Shown here one piece after another: positions 6,466 to 12,283 of a stretch of DNA of 12,283 nucleotides (position 1 is its first letter; each line of letters opens with the position of its first letter). The notes beneath the pieces were generated by a model that saw only the letters and a list, made by a program, of their open reading frames with translations, made no database searches and was not told where the DNA came from. The translations under genes were made by a program, and so were the position numbers. The stretch is taken from UHGV virus genome UHGV-0153572. The stretch is one strand, 5' to 3'. The DNA comes from a virus.

Positions 6466-7541
6466 ACGACAATGTCACGCTACGGGTAAATGGCCGGGAG
6501 TGGAATGGCTGGACATCGGTGCGCATCGGTGCCGGTATTGAACGGCTGGCGCGGGATTTCAGTGTGGAGATCACCCGCCAGTGGCCGGGAGATGAGGGTA
6601 TCACCACGCTTCAGCCGCGCATTAAAAACGGTTCAAAAGTGGAAGTGCTGATTGGTGATGAGCTGGTGATCACCGGCTGGGTGGAGGCGACGCCCGTTCG
6701 TTACGATGCCCGTTCGGTCAGCACCGGTATTGCCGGACGTAGTCTGACGGCTGACCTGATTGACTGTGCAGCCGAACCGACACAGTTTAACGGACGCTCG
6801 CTGGTGCAGATTGCGCAGGCGCTTGCTGCGCCTTTCGGCATTGAGGTGGTGAACAGCGGTGCGCCGTCGGGTGTTATTCCTGATGTTCAGCCTGATCACG
6901 GTGAAACGGTGATTGAGGTAATAAACAAAATACTCGGTCAGCAGCAGGCGCTGGCTTACGACGACCCGCACGGCAGGCTGGTGATTGGCGGTATTGGCTC
7001 AACGCGGGCACATACCGCGCTGGTACTTGGGGAAAACATCCTTTCCTGCGATACGGAGAAGAGTATCCGGGAGCGGTTTTCTGTTTACCAGGTGGCGGGG
7101 CAGCGTGCCGGAAACGACGATGATTTCGGTGAGGTCACCACCACCGCGCTGCGGGCCCGCACAGAGGACGCATTTATTGCCCGTTACCGTCCGATGTATA
7201 TCAGGCAGACAGGGCAGGCCACGGGGGCAGGCTGTATTGCGCGTGCTGACTTTGAAGCCCGACAACGGGCGGCGCGGACGGATGAAACCACCTATGTGGT
7301 GCAGGGCTGGCGACAGGGTAACGGTACGCTGTGGCAGCCCAACCAGCGGGTGATTGTCTTTGATCCGGTCTGTGGTTTCGACAATACCGAACTGCTTGTC
7401 TCGGAAGTCACGTTTACTCAGGACCAGAACGGCACCCTGACGGAAATCCGTGTCGGCCCGCCTGATGCTTATCTGCCTGAACCCGAAGCCCCCGGCGCGC
7501 GGAAAAAGAAAAAAGCCAGAGTACAGGAGGACCCGTTCTGA
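6462..7541 (+). CDS. Mu gpP-type tail/baseplate protein (phage late control D / baseplate hub family), 359 aa
   Basis: ATG 6462 overlaps the upstream stop (ATGA). Size, position directly after the DNA-circulation gene and sequence character fit the Mu P / P2 gpD family. Part of a tightly overlapping operon. Confidence 0.8.
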   Translation: MNDNVTLRVNGREWNGWTSVRIGAGIERLARDFSVEITRQWPGDEGITTLQPRIKNGSKVEVLIGDELVITGWVEATPVRYDARSVSTGIAGRSLTADLIDCAAEPTQFNGRSLVQIAQALAAPFGIEVVNSGAPSGVIPDVQPDHGETVIEVINKILGQQQALAYDDPHGRLVIGGIGSTRAHTALVLGENILSCDTEKSIRERFSVYQVAGQRAGNDDDFGEVTTTALRARTEDAFIARYRPMYIRQTGQATGAGCIARADFEARQRAARTDETTYVVQGWRQGNGTLWQPNQRVIVFDPVCGFDNTELLVSEVTFTQDQNGTLTEIRVGPPDAYLPEPEAPGARKKKKARVQEDPF

Positions 7542-8089
7542 TGAGGACGATTGAAGCCATGCAGCGACAACTTCTCGGCCTGATTGCGCGGGCAGTGGTG
7601 AAAAGCATCAGTGCCGCCACGAAATGTCAGACCGTGGATGTGTCCCTGATTGCCGGTGAACCCAAAGCCGGGGTTGAACATCTTGAACCCTACGGTTTTA
7701 CCGCAAGGGCAAACAGCGGCGCGGAAGCGGTGGTGTTGTTTCCGGATGGCGACCGTTCTCATGCGGTGGTTGTTACGGTGTCGGACCGGCGCTACCGCCT
7801 GAAAGGGTTGCAGACGGGTGAGGTGGCTGTCTATGACGATCAGGGGCAGTCTGTGACGCTGACCCGGGAGGGGATCGTGGTGGACGGTGCAGGTAAAACG
7901 ATCACGTTTCGCAATTCACCTAAAGCACGTTTTGAAATGGACCTGGAAGTGACAGGACAGGTGAAAGACCTGTGCGACTCCAGCGGCACTACCATGTCAG
8001 CGATGCGGCTTGCCTATAACGGGCATCGTCACAGAGAGAACGGTCAGGGCAGTAACACCGACAAACCGGATAAAGCGATGGAGGCATGA
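7541..8089 (+). CDS. Baseplate assembly protein V-type (Mu gp45-like spike protein), 182 aa
   Basis: ATG 7541 overlaps the upstream TGA (TGATG), with an AGGAGG Shine-Dalgarno. N-terminal region MRTIEAMQRQLLGLIARAVVKSI...GEPKAGVEHLEPYGFTARA is typical of the phage baseplate V family. Confidence 0.8.
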   Translation: MRTIEAMQRQLLGLIARAVVKSISAATKCQTVDVSLIAGEPKAGVEHLEPYGFTARANSGAEAVVLFPDGDRSHAVVVTVSDRRYRLKGLQTGEVAVYDDQGQSVTLTREGIVVDGAGKTITFRNSPKARFEMDLEVTGQVKDLCDSSGTTMSAMRLAYNGHRHRENGQGSNTDKPDKAMEA

Positions 8090-8514
8090 TGGAACTGTGG
8101 CTGACGGTGAACGGTAAACGCACCTGCGCCAGCGCACCGCTGGATCCGCTGACCCGCGCCGTGGTGATTTCCCTGTTTACCTGGCGGCGGGCGGAGCCTG
8201 ATGACAACGCCGACGTCCCGATGGGATGGTGGGGGGATACCTGGCCTGCGGTACAGAATGACCGTTACGGCTCCCGACTGTGGCTGCTTCAGCGCAGCAA
8301 ACTGACCAATCAGCTGGTGCAGACAGTAAGGGGGTATATCCGCGAATGCCTGCAATGGATGATTGATGACGGCGTGGTGTCCCGTATTGATCTGGATATC
8401 CGCCGCACCGGGATTAATGAGCTGGGTAACAGTATCACCCTCTGGCGTCGTGACGGACCGGTAATGATTTCTTTTGATGATCTGTGGAGTGCGATAACGC
8501 ATGGCGGACAGTGA
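8086..8514 (+). CDS. Phage GP46-family baseplate protein (Mu gp46 / gpW-like), 142 aa
   Basis: ATG 8086 overlaps the upstream stop, with a GGAGG Shine-Dalgarno. Small protein in the conserved position between the V-type and J-type baseplate genes. Confidence 0.8.
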   Translation: MMELWLTVNGKRTCASAPLDPLTRAVVISLFTWRRAEPDDNADVPMGWWGDTWPAVQNDRYGSRLWLLQRSKLTNQLVQTVRGYIRECLQWMIDDGVVSRIDLDIRRTGINELGNSITLWRRDGPVMISFDDLWSAITHGGQ

Positions 8515-9559
8515 ATTTCAGCGCCCGACGCTGGCAGAAAATATCAGTATGCTCCGTAACGATTTATTCGCCAGGCTGGACGTCAGCGACACGCTCCGGC
8601 GCATGGATGAAGACGTGCGGGCAAAGGTGTATGCGGCGGCGCTGCATACGGTTTACGGGTACATCGATTATCTGGCAATGAACATGCTGCCTGACCTGTG
8701 CGATGAGTCCTGGCTGGCGCGACATGCTGCGATGAAACGGTGTCCGCGCAAGGGGGCCACGGCTGCCAGCGGGTATATGCGTTGGGAAGGTGTCAGCGAT
8801 GGCCTGAAGGTGACCGCCGGGAGTGTTATTCAGCGCGATGACCTGGTTCAGTACACGGCAACTGCCGATGCAACCAGCTCCGGTGGTGTCCTGCGCGTGC
8901 CGATCGCCTGCTCAAGTGCAGGCGCGGTCGGTAACGCTGACGACGGTACGTCATTAATCCTGGTCACGCCGGTTAATGGTCTGCCGTCTTCCGGCGTGGC
9001 AGATACCCTTACAGGCGGATTTGATACTGAAGAGCTGGAAACGTGGCGCGCCCGCGTCATTGAGCGGTATTACTGGACGCCTCAGGGCGGGGCTGACGGG
9101 GACTATGTCGTCTGGGCTAAAGAAGTGCCCGGCATTACCCGCGCATGGACATACCGTCACTGGATGGGAACGGGAACTGTCGGTGTGATGATTGCCAGCA
9201 GTGACCTGATTAATCCCATTCCGGAAGAATCAACGGAAACGGCAGCAAGACAACATATCGGGCCACTGGCCCCGGTGGCAGGCTCTGATTTGTATGTATT
9301 CAGGCCGGTGGCACATACGGTGGATTTTCATATCCGCGTGACGCCGGACACACCGGAAATACGGGCTGCCATTACCGCGGAGTTGCGTTCGTTCCTGCTG
9401 CGTGATGGTTATCCGCAGGGAGAACTGAAGGTATCGCGTATCAGTGAGGCGATTTCCGGTGCGAACGGGGAATACAGCCATCAGTTGCTTGCACCGGTGG
9501 ACAATATCTCCATTGCGAAAAACGAACTGGCGGTACTGGGGACGATTTCATGGACGTGA
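8501..9559 (+). CDS. Baseplate J-like protein (Mu gp47 family), 352 aa
   Basis: ATG 8501, overlapping the upstream gene by 14 nt. Size and synteny (after gp46-like, before the DUF2313 gene) fit the Baseplate_J family. Confidence 0.8.
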   Translation: MADSEFQRPTLAENISMLRNDLFARLDVSDTLRRMDEDVRAKVYAAALHTVYGYIDYLAMNMLPDLCDESWLARHAAMKRCPRKGATAASGYMRWEGVSDGLKVTAGSVIQRDDLVQYTATADATSSGGVLRVPIACSSAGAVGNADDGTSLILVTPVNGLPSSGVADTLTGGFDTEELETWRARVIERYYWTPQGGADGDYVVWAKEVPGITRAWTYRHWMGTGTVGVMIASSDLINPIPEESTETAARQHIGPLAPVAGSDLYVFRPVAHTVDFHIRVTPDTPEIRAAITAELRSFLLRDGYPQGELKVSRISEAISGANGEYSHQLLAPVDNISIAKNELAVLGTISWT

Positions 9560-10134
9560 CAAACGATGATTACATCCGCCTGTTATCGGCACTGTTGCCG
9601 CCCGGTCCGGCGTGGTCAGCCAGCGATCCGGCGATTGCCGGTGCGGCACCGTCATTAACCCGTGTTCATCAGCGTGCGGATGCCCTGATGCGGGAGCTGG
9701 ATCCGCGCACCACCACTGAACTGATAAACCGCTGGGAGCGTCTGTGCGGTCTGCCGGATGAATGTATTCCGGCGGGAACGCAGACCCTTCGCCAGCGTCA
9801 GCAACGGCTGGATGCGAAGGTTAACCTGGCGGGCGGCATCAACGAGGATTTTTATCTTGCACAGCTTGCTGCCCTGGGCAGACCAGATGCCACCATCACG
9901 CGATACGACAAAAGCACGTTCACCTGCTCATCGGCCTGTACTGACGCGGTGAATGCGCCGGAATGGCGGTATTACTGGCAGGTCAACATGCCAGCCGCCA
10001 CCAACACCACCTGGATGACATGTGGCGATCCCTGTGATTCCGCACTGCGTATCTGGGGTGACACCGTTGTCGAGTGTGTGCTTAACAAACTCTGCCCGTC
10101 GCATACCTACGTAATTTTTAAATATCCGGAGTAA
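9550..10134 (+). CDS. DUF2313 tail protein (Mu gp48 / P2 gpI-like; YmfQ-type), 194 aa
   Basis: ATG 9550, overlapping the upstream gene by 10 nt. N-terminus [22 protein letters not shown]... and the Cys-rich C-terminus resemble, from memory, the YmfQ/DUF2313 proteins encoded immediately upstream of tail-fibre genes. Confidence 0.8.
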   Translation: MDVTNDDYIRLLSALLPPGPAWSASDPAIAGAAPSLTRVHQRADALMRELDPRTTTELINRWERLCGLPDECIPAGTQTLRQRQQRLDAKVNLAGGINEDFYLAQLAALGRPDATITRYDKSTFTCSSACTDAVNAPEWRYYWQVNMPAATNTTWMTCGDPCDSALRIWGDTVVECVLNKLCPSHTYVIFKYPE

Positions 10135-10137
10135 TCC

Positions 10138-10902
10138 ATGCATCGTATAGACACGAAAACCGCGCAGAAGGATAAGTTCGGCGCGGGTAAGAACGGTTTT
10201 ACCCGTGGTAACCCCCAGACCGGCACGCCTGCCACCGATCTGGATGATGACTACTTTGACATGTTGCAGGAAGAGCTTTGTGGCGTGGTGGAGGCATCCG
10301 GTGCCAGCCTGGAGAAGGGGCGGCATGACCAGCTGCTTACCGCGCTTCGTGCGCTGCTGTTAAGCCGCAAGAATCCGTTTGGCGATATCAAATCGGATGG
10401 CACCGTGAAAACGGCTCTCGAAAACCTTGGTTTGGGAGAAGGTGCTCCAGCTATTGGCGTTCCGTTCTTCTGGCCGTCCGCTGCAATGCCAAATACTGTA
10501 ATCGACAGCTGGTCCGGTATGGTGTTTTTGAAGTTCAACGGCGCGAAATTCTCTGCCACTGATTACCCTGTGCTGGCGAAAGTGTTTCCTTCGCTGGTAT
10601 TACCTGAAGCCCGCGGTGATTTCATTCGTATCTGGGATAATGGTCGTGGTGTAGATAGTGGACGTGGATTACTTAGTACGCAGTCTGACCTGATGAAACA
10701 ATTTACTTTGCAATACTACGGTCCTTCTGCTGGTACTGGAACAAGAACGGTTTTCGCCCTCCAGAGTAATGCGAACGGCATATATACGAGTGGTATTAGT
10801 CAGAATGATGGTAGTGGCACCGCTGCGGCTTTTAATGTACCAGGCGGCACCGAAACACGCCCACGTAACATTGCATTCAACTTTTTAGTAAGGGCTAAAT
10901 AA
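10138..10902 (+). CDS. Tail fibre protein (S-type): conserved N-terminal baseplate-attachment region plus variable C-terminal receptor-binding region, 254 aa
   Basis: ATG 10138 with GGAG Shine-Dalgarno. N-terminus [55 protein letters not shown] is the conserved tail-fibre constant region. Codons ~93-101 ([10 protein letters not shown]) are encoded by a Hin/Gin-type crossover-like site. The AT-richer downstream part is the variable region. Confidence 0.85.
   Translation: MHRIDTKTAQKDKFGAGKNGFTRGNPQTGTPATDLDDDYFDMLQEELCGVVEASGASLEKGRHDQLLTALRALLLSRKNPFGDIKSDGTVKTALENLGLGEGAPAIGVPFFWPSAAMPNTVIDSWSGMVFLKFNGAKFSATDYPVLAKVFPSLVLPEARGDFIRIWDNGRGVDSGRGLLSTQSDLMKQFTLQYYGPSAGTGTRTVFALQSNANGIYTSGISQNDGSGTAAAFNVPGGTETRPRNIAFNFLVRAK
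10415..10440. other. Candidate Hin/Gin/Cin/Pin-family DNA-invertase crossover site inside the tail-fibre gene
   Basis: CTCTCGAAAACC-TT-GGTTTGGGAGAA: 26 bp with near-symmetric 12-bp arms around a central dinucleotide. It matches the remembered hixL (TTCTTGAAAACCAAGGTTTTTGATAA) at 19/26 positions and shares the AAACC/GGTTT core with gix. It sits at the constant/variable junction of the fibre gene, as gix does in Mu S. Confidence 0.55.
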
Positions 10903-11495
10903 TGAAACCTGTTTTTGATAAAAATGGGCTGGCTACAGTACCGGGTGATATGCGTTGTTTTTATTATGATGCAGTAACGTCTGAATATACTGGCTGGTCT
11001 GATGAATATATTAATACTGGTGTAAGTATGCCCGCCTGTTCCACTGGTATTGACCCGGGCGAATACATTCCGGGGAAAGTGGCAGTATTTACGGGTAAGG
11101 GATGGAGCCATGAAGAAGACCACCGCAATGAGACTGCTTACTCAATCGAAAATGGCGCAGCTGTTACAGTGGATTATATCGGTGCCATCAAAGACGGTTA
11201 TGTCACGCTTTCACCGTTAACGCCATACGATAAATGGGATGGTGAGAAATGGGTGACAGATACTGAGGCACAGCATAGTGCCTCAGTAGACGCGGCAGAA
11301 GCACAGCGCCAGTCGCTGATTGATGCTGCAATGGCTTCCATCAGTCTGATTCAACTGAAATTGCAGGCCGGGCGGAAGCTGACGCAGGCAGAAACAACCC
11401 GACTTAACGCCGTGCTGGATTACATTGACGCGGTGACGGCAACAGATACCAGCACCGCGCCGGATATCATCTGGCCTGAACAGCCGGAGGCGTAG
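10902..11495 (+). CDS. Tail fibre assembly chaperone (Tfa / Mu U-type), 197 aa
   Basis: ATG 10902 overlaps the tail-fibre stop (TAATG). N-terminus [36 protein letters not shown] and C-terminal DTSTAPDIIWPEQPEA are characteristic of the Tfa family. Confidence 0.9.
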   Translation: MKPVFDKNGLATVPGDMRCFYYDAVTSEYTGWSDEYINTGVSMPACSTGIDPGEYIPGKVAVFTGKGWSHEEDHRNETAYSIENGAAVTVDYIGAIKDGYVTLSPLTPYDKWDGEKWVTDTEAQHSASVDAAEAQRQSLIDAAMASISLIQLKLQAGRKLTQAETTRLNAVLDYIDAVTATDTSTAPDIIWPEQPEA

Positions 11496-11907
11496 GCCAT
11501 TCAATATCTGGAGCACTGGAAGTATCGACCAGTTCCAGTGCGTCAAGATAATCCAGCCATAAATTATATTGCGCCAGTTCCTCACCTTTCAGACGACCAA
11601 TAGCAGCCTTTCCTGGCCACTGCTTACTGTTAATATATTCATTAACTCGATTTATGAGTGCCTGTTTTTTTCGTTCCGCTTCTGACAGTTGTTCTTCATG
11701 AGTTAGCGGCGGTACGTCATCCCATGCAGGATAGCCATCATCACCCGCAACTCTCACTTTCCCTGGAGGTGGGGACAGGTACTTAATAAATATATCCTCA
11801 TCAACTTCAACTCCATTATGAGGCCATAACCCAGACTTCTTATACTGACTTTCCAGAGTAAATGGGTAAAACATATTAGTTTTAGCATCGTAAAGATATT
11901 TACTCAT
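11467..11907 (-). CDS. Second tail fibre assembly chaperone (Tfa'-type), inverted orientation, 146 aa
   Basis: ATG 11907..11905 with AGGAAG Shine-Dalgarno 7 nt upstream. C-terminus ...LVDTSSAPDIEWPTPPAVQAR carries the Tfa family motif. Its 3' end overlaps the plus-strand tfa 3' end convergently by 29 nt. The ORF-track version (to 12006) is trimmed to the Met with an RBS. Confidence 0.8.
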   Translation of the reverse strand: MSKYLYDAKTNMFYPFTLESQYKKSGLWPHNGVEVDEDIFIKYLSPPPGKVRVAGDDGYPAWDDVPPLTHEEQLSEAERKKQALINRVNEYINSKQWPGKAAIGRLKGEELAQYNLWLDYLDALELVDTSSAPDIEWPTPPAVQAR

Positions 11908-11908
11908 T

Positions 11909-12283
11909 TTATCTTCCTGTGGCAAACCAGCGGCAACCAGCGACAGTTGGAACATTGAAGGATGGATTTCCTTTATCAAGAGATCCCAGGTTATCTGCCA
12001 TGACACTTGAGTTAGTCAATTGATAGAATTGCCATACTGACATTTTCCCTGGCACAGGAGCATGGTCATGTTCATTAATAGAAATGACGCCTGTCGGAAA
12101 TGGGATAGGAAAATTAATCAAAACTTCATTTATTGTGGCCCCAGTTAGCCCCCATTGTTCAATATAACCATCCGGGCTTCGCCTCCATCCCGTCGTTGTA
12201 TCTCCCCAAAAGCCAAGAACTCGGACATTGGCAGCAGCACCAGCATGTGGATCAGTGCTACATCCATTTTGGTATCTCTTGCA
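11909..12283 (-). CDS. Partial CDS (C-terminal 124 codons; 5' end beyond the window): alternative tail-fibre C-terminal (receptor-binding) region
   Basis: Minus-strand frame is open from the window end to the TAA at 11911..11909, 1 nt before the tfa' start. Translation ...ANVRVLGFWGDTTTGWRRSPDGYIEQWGLTGATINEVLINFPIPFPTGVISINEHDHAPVPGK... contains the PDGxIxQWG-type motif of tail-fibre distal domains and a diverged copy of the LGxGxG junction. Confidence 0.7.
   Translation of the reverse strand, partial: CKRYQNGCSTDPHAGAAANVRVLGFWGDTTTGWRRSPDGYIEQWGLTGATINEVLINFPIPFPTGVISINEHDHAPVPGKMSVWQFYQLTNSSVMADNLGSLDKGNPSFNVPTVAGCRWFATGR

Noticed and set aside
5508-10559. Numerous minus-strand and out-of-frame ORFs within the baseplate/tail-fibre operon (e.g. 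5817..6314, 6633..6971, 7469..7762, 8044..8502, 9928..10326)
   Set aside because: All overlap the strongly supported, tightly coupled plus-strand structural genes on the opposite strand or in another frame; typical GC-rich shadow ORFs.
10800-11585. Minus-strand ORFs 10800..11123 and 11283..11585
   Set aside because: Antisense to the tail-fibre C-terminus and tfa; no RBS; shadow ORFs.
12197-12230. Second Hin/Gin-type crossover site (partner of 10415-10440) within the window
   Set aside because: The region is homologous to the left site at the LG-x-G coding level but has indels and lacks the symmetric AAACC/GGTTT arms, so it is not a credible functional site. The true partner, if any, must lie beyond the window.
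1-12283. CRISPR array, retron-type ncRNA with reverse transcriptase, rRNA or insertion sequence
   Set aside because: No short direct-repeat/spacer array, no reverse-transcriptase or transposase-like ORF, and no rRNA-like sequence were seen on either strand.

Overview
This 12.3-kb window appears to be the left part of a mosaic, heavily deleted (probably cryptic) lambdoid prophage or integrative element. All assignments are from reading the sequence and from remembered family signatures; no database search was run. An orphan 49-nt 3' fragment of tRNA-Thr(CGU) (502-550) serves as the att core. Leftward module (minus strand, 565-3149): P22-type tyrosine integrase, overlapping excisionase, and three translationally coupled accessory genes (unknown 101-aa protein, DUF551-like protein, HD-domain phosphohydrolase). 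A ~440-bp low-coding divergent region (3150-3612) carries a 15-bp perfect inverted repeat. Rightward module (plus strand, 3613-11495): a DUF968/HNH-like protein, a Q-type antiterminator-like protein with four CxxCxGxG zinc-finger motifs, then, with no lysis, terminase, capsid, sheath or tube genes in between, a 5'-truncated Mu-type DNA-circulation gene, a contiguous Mu-type baseplate gene set, a tail-fibre gene containing a Hin/Gin-type inversion crossover-like site, and a tail-fibre assembly chaperone. An inverted tfa' plus alternative tail-fibre C-terminus lies on the minus strand at the right edge, and a second recombinase-like gene runs off the left edge. No rRNA, CRISPR array or complete tRNA was seen. 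The candidates most worth follow-up are the int-proximal accessory operon (HD-domain protein and partners) and the tail-fibre inversion switch.
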